A stretch of 64,000 nucleotides of DNA from Yuukianura sp. NJ FZ-2021 (taxonomy: Eukaryota). The position numbers and the translations under genes are program-made. The notes under the pieces are model-generated. The model saw only the letters and a program-made list of their open reading frames with translations. It was not told the origin of the DNA and made no database searches. Within the stretch, counting starts at the first letter, position 1, and each line of letters starts with the position of its first letter. The stretch spans positions 8,184,001 through 8,248,000 of the forward strand of contig CM102290.1 in the NCBI GenBank assembly GCA_046563655.1, in the 5' to 3' direction. Below are positions 53,414 through 64,000 of the stretch, in pieces.

Positions 53414-54601
53414 AATTCTATGAGGGGAGATCGACTGCTTTTCAATACGATTTGCTGCAAGATTTTTTTAAAAAACACAAGCAAAAATTCCTTGCAGAAA
53501 ATAGGGACGAACATTTTCTGCAAGCTTTTTTCTTGCAGAGAACGGAGGCGTTGTTATAAGAAGTTTGCGCAAAATCGAGCCGTTGTTATAAGAAACATGC
53601 GGAAAATCCAGATGTTGTTATAAAAAGCTTGCGGAAAATCGATGCGTTGTTATAAAAAGATTGCGGAAAATCGAGACGTTGTTATAAGAAACATGCAAAA
53701 AATTTGAGGAATTGGAATTTTGAAAAATTCAGCTGAAATTCAAGTTTTGGATATATTTGCCTTGCCGAGGATTCACGCGTACTCTACCGTCTTGAAATGT
53801 TGGTCTCGTGAAAAATTGACCTGTTCTCTAACTTTTTGACGTGACCAAATTTTTAAAAATTCACTTGTACATTTACTTTTTGAGGAATTGAAATTTTGAA
53901 AAATTCAGCTGAAATTCAACTTTTGGATATATTTGCCTTGCCGAGGATTCACGCGTACTCTACCGTATTGAAATGTTGGTCTCGTCAAAAATTGACCTGT
54001 TCTCTAACTTTTTGACGTGACCAAATTTTTAAAAATTCACTTGTACACTTACTTTTTGAGGATTTGGAATTTTTAAAAATTCAGCTGAAATTCAAGTTTT
54101 GGATGTATTTGCCTTGCCGAGGATTCACGCGTACTCTACCGTCTTGAAATGTTGGTCTCGTGAAAAATTGACCTGTTCTCTAACTTTTTGACGTGACAAA
54201 AATTTTTGACAAAATATAACTTTTACGTTTACTTTTCGAGGAATTCTAACTTGGGAAAATTCAGCTGTCGTAAAATCTTAAAAGTGAATTATAATTTATA
54301 ACAACGTCTCGATTCTCCGCAAGTTTCCTATAACAGCGGCTCGATTCTTCGCAAGCTTTTTATAACCTCGGCTCGATTCTCCGCAAGCTTCTTATAACAG
54401 CGCTTCGATTCTTCGCAAGCTTTTTATAACAGCTCCTCGATTTTCCGCAAGCTTCTTATAACAACGTCTCGATTTCTGCAAGAAAAAAACTTGCAGAAAA
54501 TGTTCGTTTTGATTTTCTGCCAGGAAATTTAATTGTGTTTTTAAAAAAAAAAGCTTGCAGCAAATCGCGTTGAAAAGCAGTCGATCTCCCCTCATAAAAT
54601 T
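53414..54601. mobile_element. Foldback-like non-autonomous element: ~290-bp inverted arms with 32-bp subrepeats around three 176-bp tandem units
   Basis: tatgaggggagatcgactgcttttcaa at 53419 is inverted at ~54570-54596. The 32-bp units recur with gttata at 53553, 53585, 53617, 53649 and 53681, and as about 6 inverted copies at ~54296-54470. gccgaggattcacgcgtactc recurs at 53764, 53940 and 54116. Confidence 0.85.
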
Positions 54602-55222
54602 CTGCTTTTCATCACGACACGACGCAATAACTTAAATTTACTTTATCCTAATATTTTTGAATTAAACTTGTAGCGAAAAAAGTTGAAGGTGTTTCTAAAT
54701 TGCGTGGAATATATAAATTAATAGGTTGCAATTAATTTAAAGTGCATACCATATTGAACTGCGAGATCAATGTGATAAATTAAAACGTTAAGGATTTCTA
54801 ATTACGAAGTGCCCAACTATAAATTATAATCACATAGGAGAAAGGTGTTTGTGGGGCTCTAAGTAGGAAAAAAGCGCGAAATAAAATTAAAAATTGAAAT
54901 TCCAAATGTAAATAAATAAACGAAATCAAAAAAAAGTTGGACAGAATAAAGCTTTTATTACGTACCAATTTTCGGCAAGTTGTCACAGGCTCGCTGTAAG
55001 TACTTCACCTTTAATTGATTACTGCTTACAACAGTGATCAGGGCCAGGGCGAGTCATCAAGACTCGACAGTCGACAGAATACAAAGGTAACGCTTACCTT
55101 ACAATTCACTTCATTCTGGTTCTGGTTCTGCCCAAGGCTTATGAGGCTATGATAGTTTTCAAATCTAATTTGGTTATTGTTTTTTAAGTTGATTGAAATC
55201 TTCAGGAGGAGAAGCAGACGTT

Positions 55223-58127
55223 ATGGATCTTGATGAAAAGAATGAGAATGGAGGCTCTATAGGCCCAAAATTAATGTGCGGAGTTGTGGAAGGTAAGCTT
55301 GGAGATTCGTTCGTGGTGATCTCATTATAGGGGCAGTATCGCATCTTTTGAGTGGCTCTATAGCTTGTTTTTTTTATTTAGGATTTTATGGAAAACCATG
55401 GACAAGCGAACAACGGAAAGACTTGTTTCAGAAAATGAAAAAATGGGGCATGAACTCTTACCTCTATGCCCCAAAAGATGACTACAAACATCGATCTTTC
55501 TGGAGGGTGCTGTATACGGTGGAGGAGACAGAACACTTAACAGGGCTTGTGCAAGCTGCCAAAGAAAATGGAATCCGGTTTATCTATGCAATTTCTCCAG
55601 GACTGGACATAACCTACTCAAGCTCAAAGGACATTACCATTTTGAAAAGAAAGCTCGAACAAGTACTATAAGCTCTTCCTAGAAAAAACTTCTTGTACCC
55701 AAATACTTGTTTATAATACAGGTAAAGCAACTCGACTGCAGGGACTTCGCAATTCTGTTTGACGACATTGAGACAGAAATGTCAAAGTCTGATAAGGAGA
55801 TATTTAAATCCTTTGCTGACGCTCAAGTATCGGTGGCTAACGAATTGCATCAATTCATCAATCCCGACAAATTCCTATTTTGTCCGACTGAATACTGCGC
55901 CGCTCGTGCTATTCCAAGTGTGAAATCATCCGAGTATCTGAAAACAATTGGCAGCAAACTGGACGCTCAGTTCGACATTTTATGGACAGGTATTTTATTA
56001 CTTTCAAAGTAGTTGCCGATTGTTCACGATCTACGAACCGCGAAACAGTTAATATTTTGTTCAATTACTGTATAGGTGGTAAGGTTGTGTCAAAGGATAT
56101 CAGCTTAAGCTCAATCGTCGAAGTCGCTGAAGTGATGTGCCGCCCACCGGTTCTGTGGGATAACTTGCACGCGAATGACTATGATCAAAAACGAATCTTC
56201 TTGGGCCCATATGCAGGAAGATCACCGGAGCTCATTCAAAGCATTAGAGGGGTTCTAACAAATCCGAATTGTGAGTATGGATCCAATTTTGTTGCTATCC
56301 ACACTTTGGCGCAATGGGTGAAATGTTCTGAATATGCACCAAACAAACCACGTAAGTAATGGAGTGTAATTCATTCCTGTCACTTCCGAACTCTGCCATG
56401 AAATCTAATTTAATTATAATTATTTGAACTTGATTATCTCTAATTTACTCTGCAGAGTCGATGAATTCTGATGCGAAATTGGAAACTGAAAACAGCAACA
56501 ATGTGAACGATGTTCCAGAAAACTTAGGTCCAGATGTATATCACCCCACATCAGCTCTGAAAACAGCTCTAACTGAATGGCTAGAAGAGTTCAAGAAACC
56601 AAAAGATGTGAGGGGTTCTGTTGTGAAAGCGCCTATCTTACCACCGGCGCCACTTCCACCACCAATAGCAACTTGTTCAGCCATAACTGGAATTACACAA
56701 TCGGCCCCTCTTACCACTTCTAATCCACCAGAAGACATGCAGACATTCTCAAGTTTCAGCAACACTCCAATACTCGCTCCGATTCCCTCCGATGTAACAC
56801 CATTTCCTAATATATTTTCCTATTAACATTTGACAACTTCTGACATTTGAAAACTTTTTAGAATTGTGCCGCACATGGTCCGCCGATTCCACTTATGAAC
56901 AGTTTGGCAGCAGAAAATAAGGTATGATTCTTCTTCACGTTTTGAGAATTTTGATTCTCATTCAAAATCATTGTCTAGATCATCTGTACCCCTGAGCCTG
57001 TACCACGACCGAATGGAGTCTCTCCCAACGAACCAACTACGCCGAGAAACGTGCGTGAAGTAAAGTGTTACAGGCAATGTTTACTTAGCTTACGGCTTTA
57101 ATTTTATTTTTTTAGTCCGTACTAGAGCCGATGGACACCGTTAGTATTCCACCTAGTCCAGTATCATCGCAAGAGAAAATGAACTACGCGCCATCCACTG
57201 ACGGGCTGATTAAATCTGCTTCAGACGATGTGCTAATGGTGAAACTTTTTAAATTAATCACGTCATCAATTATTTATATCATAAACTCACGCCCTTATTA
57301 TTTACAGATTGAGGGACAGGATGATAGTCAGATAGAATCTGCTCCTCCTTCTGTCATGACGTTGGACAGTGACGCTGAAGGAGGTACTCAATCAGTGTCA
57401 GTGAGTGCAAATTCTTCAACAATGCAGGTTAATTTATTAATTTCACAAGGAAATTCCGGTATGGACAAATTCTCAGTTTAGCATTACTTTCTAGGAAGAT
57501 GAATTTATCGACAAGAGCTCAAACGAAGAAGAAGAAAATTCATTAACCGTGGAAGACTTAAACCTACTCTGTGATCTCTTTTACCTCCCGTACGACCATG
57601 GCTGTCAAGGTCTTCAGCTTCTCAATGAGTTCCAATGGTTGAAGTCAAACGCTAATGTAGTTGTTGAACCTTCTTGTGATGACGTCCTCAAACCTGAGGC
57701 AAGCAAACTTTGGTCCTAAAGCGAATTTTATTCCCCAAATTATTATCCCCTAATTAATTTGAGAGCTTCGATATTTTTACTAAGGTTCTGGAATGGCACT
57801 CTCGAGCACGAAATTTTGATGAACTCAACAAGAATCTAGTGAATCTCGTAGGTCGCCTTAACCTCGTACCAAATCGTGAACTTCTATACGAACTTTATCC
57901 GTATATTTGGGATATGAGAGGAGTGGTTTCCCTGTTAAACTCTTATATCAAATGGCTGGGTAATTAATTACAAAATACTTTCTATGGGGTATTGTTTCTA
58001 ATGCTGTTTTGTTTACAGCGATTGGGCAAAATGCTTCAACAAATTCCTCAATTCATGGAAACTACACTTGCAAACAATACTCATCTGCATCTCTCCTCTA
58101 TCAGCTACTATCCCTCTACAACAGCAG
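55223..58127 (+). CDS. OGA: Protein O-GlcNAcase (GH84), 5' portion; the remaining exons were not found in the window
   Basis: Exons: 55223-55292, 55382-55662, 55722-55989, 56076-56351, 56456-56793, 56862-56921, 56979-57050, 57116-57238, 57308-57427, ~57495-57698, 57785-57959, 58019-(58069 or 58127). Motifs: [23 protein letters not shown], catalytic [31 protein letters not shown], stalk [10 protein letters not shown] and [14 protein letters not shown]. The expected EPW.FRGG stalk end and the pseudo-HAT domain are not seen up to 64000. Confidence 0.95.
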
Positions 58128-58794
58128 GTAAAAACAATTGTTATTAAATTCATTTAACGTTGCTTTAGAAAGCAAACTAATTGGCTATTTTATGTTTCAG
58201 GAATTGATCTGATTAGCCAAATAATTTATGTTTTCCAAATTGCGAATATTTAACAAAATTTTGTAGTATGTACTCTCGCTCATCCAGCTATCGCTTCGCG
58301 GCGAAATATACGAACTGAACCAACGAAGAACCCGGATTACCGTTTTAATTTCTGATTTGCCAAAAAATAAACCTGTTTGTCCTTACATCCCAGTTAGGAA
58401 ACCATGAAGACAATCTTTCCTGTTTGGCATTTTCAGAACGTAAGTGAGATCATACACCCGCCTAATATGTGTTACTTACTATTTAGTACGGTTAACTTAC
58501 GATAACTTCCGTTTCGTTAGGAGAACTAATCCAATTGTAATTTTTTATTGGGTTGGTGTATTACATTTTCCAGGTTATAATTATTTAGGCAGCAGTTCTG
58601 CTCATTAAGTTAATATTACGCCATTTACGTTATGCTTATGCCTCTTCGGAAATTGTAAAACAGCGGTTGGTACTAATTAGAAATTGGTTTTTGGTTTCTA
58701 CTGGCTATGGATGTTGTATCTCGTTAATATTTTAGATTTAATTAATAAAACAAAAACATTAAATTATGTTGTTTTTATTAACACTATCACCCTA

Positions 58795-59190
58795 GGTATT
58801 TCACGGCGTATAGCCCGTACTCGCGTATACCCTGCACCCAAATATTTTAATTGTGTTTTGTTTCTTCCGGATATCCACATTTTAGTATTTCGTCCGGGTT
58901 ATATCCACTGGATAAATCGCTAAAACCTGATAAAATCCAGTTTTTGAAGGACGAAATTCAGTTTTGTCCGGAAGAAACCAGTAAAATCCGGATACATCCA
59001 CCAGTTCGAAGAGAGTGGAAGAAATATTTTATCGATCCAGTAACACTGGTTTTGAGGATTAAGGACATTTTGTCAGTTTTTAGTAAACCTATTGAAGAAA
59101 TCAACAAAGTTGGAAATAAATTTTACTTGCCTTTCGGGATGGGTTCGAAAATATCAGATTACCCGCGCGGTATACGCCGTGAAATAGGTA
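58795..59190. mobile_element. MITE with 16-bp perfect terminal inverted repeats, possibly Tc1/mariner (Tc2/pogo-like), in the OGA intron
   Basis: tatttcacggcgtata at 58797-58812 is inverted as tatacgccgtgaaata at 59171-59186, with TA dinucleotides just outside. The interior is homologous to 52586-52775. Confidence 0.7.
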
Positions 59191-62100
59191 ATCAGTTAGT
59201 AGTAAAGAAGCTCAAGCAGTTCAACTTAATATGTCAGTCCTGCATTCCCTGTGCCTTGTGACCTTGTCAAAAGTTAACGGCGACGGTAAGTCCTTGTGAC
59301 TTCCGACTAATCTCATGAATTAGTCAGACAATTAAGGACTTGAGAGATGAATAATCTTGTTAAAAGTGGAGATGGAAAGCAGGAGAAAGCTCATCTGAGA
59401 AGCTTTTGGTCCAAAGCAGAAATACTCAACCCTCCATCACTTCTTATTCTACAGTTTCAAACCTTTTCAAATTCAATAATTTCCTGAAATCAGTTAATGA
59501 TTGACGAGAGTTAGGAAAAACTATACAACGTCCCAGCCAAATACTTGAATCGATCATGCAGAATGGGAAAGCAATCGTATTTGCCAAATTTGAAGTAGTA
59601 TTCGTAATCCGTCTAAGGTTAGGGAGCCAATATTTCGCTTATGATGGTGACTTGGCTCAATAAAATAGGGATTCCCTGTGTGGAGTCTACGTCAGTGTGG
59701 TTCAGACTGCTGTTGGAAACGGGGCACGGGGAAACGCTCCTTAGAAACTTTTCACCTGTACACACTCGTTCTGAAGCCTAACTTTGGTGTAAACGAAAAC
59801 CCCCTTGAGACATACCTGGTGAAAGCACTGCATCACTAAACTGTCGAGCATGATTGGACATTTCCAAAGTGTTGTTCTACTTTTCCCAGAGAAATTCCAC
59901 AAGGAATTATTAGGCTAGGAACAACAACATAACTGGGACGGTTTCCCCCGTTCATAACCCCTTTCTGCTCGCCTACGTGGAACGAAGCGTCCAAAACTTT
60001 CTTTCCGAGTGAAAGTGCTAAATCCATAACTTGGAGAAACGGAACAAAACTTTTAGTGAAAAAAATGGGAAAGAGATCGAGAAGCTGAAAGAATTTGATT
60101 GGAAGGATTTTCAAACAAAAATTATGTAACTCTAAAGCCTCAAAAGTTTTCACTCTTGGAATCCTTCAAAAAGAAAAAGGTTACGAAAAGGAAATTGTTT
60201 CTTCCGAATTTAAGTTTTTAAACTAACGGATTTCCAAAAACAAATTTGAAGTTAGTTTGTGCGCAGTATATTTAAACTATCGTCGTTGTTCGAAAATTTC
60301 CTATTGGTGGGCCACTTTTGATTCTTCCAGGAGGTAAGCTCTAAATGGTGGACACGTCGTGTCAAATTTTGAAAACTTTTCTCCACTCTATTCTTGTATT
60401 CTTTCGGATGATTCCGGTTAACTTTAACTAATTGCAGCTAATTTTTTTTAATATTGACGTTTTTAACGTTGTTTTATTAACGGTTGTTTGTGAGGCACAT
60501 CTTGGCGGAGGAGCAATGAGTCCATAAGAACTGCTGCTGTAAATTGAAAGTGTGATGAGTTAATTATGGAAAGGAGGCTTAAGGCAATCTACTCTTCCAT
60601 CGTTTCCCGGATGTTCCAGAATACATTTTGCATGAAGAAAATTCTATTCTATCACCACTGTAGACGACTAAGGGCTCTCTGCTAAGTTGTGCCTCTGGAA
60701 GTCGTCCAATTGGTGGAGGGCGTGCATTAGTAATGTTTTGAAGCTCCCACTGTTAAAGGATGAACAAATTCCACTTTTTCACACCTAAAGTGACAACCAA
60801 AAGCTTTCACTCCCTGAGACCAAGAATTCTGGAAGATGCTTTCTTCCAAGTGCCAAAATAGGTTAAAGGTCACCCACTAGGAAACTAGATTTTATAGTTA
60901 GGAGACCCTTAAGCTAATCTGAGATGCATAAGTTAGGCTACCGGGAGCACAGTCCTCAAATTTAAACTGGGTCTGATGAGCAACTTTTTTTAGAATGTGC
61001 GGTTCTAAAATTTGCCGGGAAAATTGGTCGTGTATTTTGAAAATTTTGAGAAAGCGGCTTTCACTTTAAAAAAGAGTTTTTTTTTTCTTTTTATCTTGGC
61101 ATGGGAGGATTTAATCCTTTGCAGGTCGATTTTTTTTTGCAAACGGATATATTTTTTGAACGTAAGCGTTTTGCAGTAGATACGGTCACTAAAACTCCCG
61201 TTTTTGTGGAAAAAAAATTGTGCTTTGGCGACCAATGATTTTGACGAATTGACCTACTTCGAGAGGTAGACGCGGAAAGTCGTTTGCTGTACTTGCGGTT
61301 CTGGAGGAAGTCTGGAGCAAGTAGACTATATTTCTAGTAGTAGTAAAAACCATCATTTATAGAAGCGTCTAATAAACTCCTTAGGAACTTATACATGCAC
61401 GCAACACTGCTAAACATACTGCAGTTAAAACTTGTATCGATCCCTGCTGCTCCAAATTACCCGGCAACCGAACAATAACTTTTACAAAGTCTTTAACCCT
61501 CCTGCCTTCCGTTTTTTTAACTTTCAAAAACTTTTTTTTTCACTTTTCTCAGGAATATTTAATATTTTAATACCGCATAAATTTCGTAAAAATTTCGAAC
61601 TTCATATTCAACACATTTACTCTTTTATACTGCCAGAAAACTTGACGATATTGGAAAAATGTTTCGTGTTTCCAAATTTTGTTACAAAACTCCGTATATT
61701 GGAGAGAAAGCTGCCGGAGAGTGTGCCTTTGAGCTAATGTTATGACTTTGGACATCAAAAGGTACGTTTGACATGCAATATTATTGATTTAGAAAACGTC
61801 CTGTCCAGATCCTACGTATAATTTAGGAAATTCGTTTAATTTTTTTTTTTCGTTTTTTTTCATTAAAACAGGAACCAAGAGTCTCTTGGTTGTTTGTGGG
61901 CGTAAACCTAGAAAGGTATAAGTATTACATGGCAAGTTGTGAAAAAAAAGAAACCGAAAAAATTGAACAAAATTTGGAACAGTTTTCTAAAAAGGCTTCC
62001 CTCTACCCAAACCTGTTTATTTACTTTGTTTGGCAGCAGTAACCTATATTCGTAAATTCCAGTGTCTAAAATTTCTACTAGCAAGGGTTTTTTTGGTCGT

Positions 62101-64000
62101 GTTTTGGTGCAAAATAGGTGATTCCTGTCGACTGCCTCCTTTTGACGGGGTTTATGTTAAGTTAGTACGGGATTTGTGGGCCATAGGGTACATTTAATGG
62201 TTGGGATGTGAATGTTCCCTTAGAGAAAGTTTTTGTAGAGGAAGATTGAGGGAGTGTGTTGGATGATTGAGACAGGAGGCATGATTGTTTCACTTTCTCT
62301 CCAGCTTTCAAAGGGAAAGTATTTCCAGTATTTGTAGGCAAGGAGGTTAGGTTAGATGTGTTAGGTTAGTCTACCTGGCGAGTCTCCCGTTAAAGGATCG
62401 ATACATTTGATTTAGTCGTCAGGTTTACTTTCCAGTCGTAAATGGTTAGTCGTATCCCCCCGCATACATACACACATACGACCCCTTTCCCACACCAAGT
62501 AGAAGCGACAGCAGCAGCGCCAATTCAAGCGCTCCAGCGTTTTGGAGCAAACCTAAAATATTACATTCACATTCAACTACTATTCCATTCCCAGTGGAGC
62601 AGAAGGTAGTCAATCCCATTCTTAAAAGTTCACCAAACCTATAGCTCTATACATCTTTCTTTTTGCTTTCCAAAATTTCAAAAGCATAAAAGTTTACCAC
62701 CGCCTAACAATTTAGAAACCTCCAGCACATGCTGTCCTAAAGACCATCCCTGTACTAAATCTCATCATCACTTCATCATTTACTAGACCAAACAGGATTG
62801 TAACAATGGGAATCCATAAGAAAGAAATCAACACCTCCCAGGCCCTAATCCAGTGGAACAATTGACCAATTCAATTGAAAATTGATAGTTGTCAAGGTTT
62901 TTAGTACAGCAATTCTGAGGTCAGCCACCTTTGATCAAAAGGTTACGCTGTCCTATCGCCACGCTCATACATTCTTTTCCTTTTGAAGATTGAGGACAAA
63001 AGGAGAAAGGCGATTTGAAGATATCCTCTTGAAGATGCTCACCTATGGAGACGCTAACAAATTTGATCCTTCGAAAAGATCTGAACTCCATGACGCCGTT
63101 TATAGGCGGCCACAACGTCGTTCACTTTTCTGATTCAATTCCAATGGTTTCTGTAAACTTTTTTTTTAAAAAAAAGGTGAATTGAATTTGGAGTTGACAT
63201 GTTTACGACCGTAATGGCGCGATGGCAGAGTTATGATGGGAGAAACTGTAACCTATTGTTCTCTTCCTAGTAAATTGTTTGACTTGGATAGTAGAAAGTG
63301 GGGCCTATGTTGTTTTTCCTGTGTCTTTCTCCTATGTTACCACAGATCCGATGCAAAATGAAGGCTTGAGTAGTTTGTTTATTTAGTGTGGTTCCTTTGC
63401 CACAAAACGTCAGGTCAGAGGCCTACCCTATGTTTCTTCTTTACATTCCTCCGGTAAAGAAGACCAAGGAAAACTTTTTGAAAAGTTTCCATTGAGTTAT
63501 TCAGTGTTCGGTCCAAGTTTAGTCCAAGACAGTAACCTTCCTTGTGTACTGGAAGGAATCTGCTTATGGAGCAACTTGCACACTTTAAGTTGATCCGGAA
63601 TTAATGACGTCTGGGACGAAACACTGCTCAGCCACTTCCTTCTCCTTCTTCTAAATTTCTGTTCCGCATGCTTTTATAAAATTTTGGTCCGGATGGATTG
63701 TACTGCCGCCCTGTCAACTAGGCTCTCTGTTCAACCTAACTCCCATAGGCTACGTAAGCGTAACCTTTGACATAAAGCTGAAGCGGACTTAAGCATTTGA
63801 CAATTTCAGGGCCTGTTTCACTCAATTTCTGCAGTAGTCAGTCATGACACGGGGAGGGGGTTATGTCAAACAAATTACTCAACCAACCGTATAACCCTAA
63901 CAAGTGTAACTGCAATACTACGCAAGAGGTCTGACAAAATGGCGGAAATGGTGGGAATGATTGGAACCGAATTTAGTGCATTGCTACCAGGAGTTACTTT

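Noticed and set aside
53540..54470. 32-bp and 176-bp periodic repeats as a CRISPR array
   Set aside because: The units are contiguous with no unique spacers, there are no cas genes, and the context is a spliced eukaryotic genome.
53377..54595. Twin 67-aa ORFs (MRGDRLLFN...) on opposite strands
   Set aside because: They are by-products of the inverted arms of the foldback-like repeat and show no coding signature.
3763..58127. A functional gene cluster linking IR, AdoR, FABP, RNF10 and OGA
   Set aside because: The functions are unrelated and orientations are mixed; this looks like an ordinary eukaryotic gene neighbourhood with no evidence of co-regulation.
58851..59261. 136-aa ORF in the OGA intron as an OGA exon or transposase
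   Set aside because: It lies mostly within MITE sequence, starts at a non-ATG codon, and shows no OGA or DDE motifs.
60972..61010. CTGATGAG as a hammerhead ribozyme core or snoRNA box
   Set aside because: No stem II with GAAA and no properly spaced D box or terminal stem could be formed.
62344..62370. TTAGG-like motifs (also near 17041 and 47270) as interstitial telomere
   Set aside because: Only 2-4 degenerate units, and such motifs are common in arthropod repeats.

Overview
This is AT-rich eukaryotic (arthropod) genomic DNA with mostly short (about 55-150 bp) spliceosomal introns. A compact hexapod genome such as a springtail's would fit, but that taxon is only an inference. It is not prokaryotic, and I saw no CRISPR array, operon, rRNA or tRNA. 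Splicing the exons by hand gives eight gene models. In order they are: a 7-exon beta-propeller-like gene with a premature TAG in its first exon (+), an IR68a-like ionotropic receptor (+), an adenosine receptor (-), a large low-complexity gene that may be chascon-like (+), a roughly 1,540-aa disordered protein with a PP1-type RVxF motif (+), a fatty-acid-binding protein (+), RNF10 (-) and the 5' part of O-GlcNAcase (+). There is also a possible partial gene at the left edge. Several non-autonomous palindromic, MITE-like or foldback-like repeats are present, with no transposase. The most promising lead is OGA splicing. A long intron (>5.8 kb) follows a small exon with two competing donors, next to the junction where vertebrate OGA makes its short isoform, and it contains a candidate truncating exon. 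This may be an O-GlcNAc homeostatic splicing switch, but it is a hypothesis. Gene identities come from recalled family motifs, not database searches.
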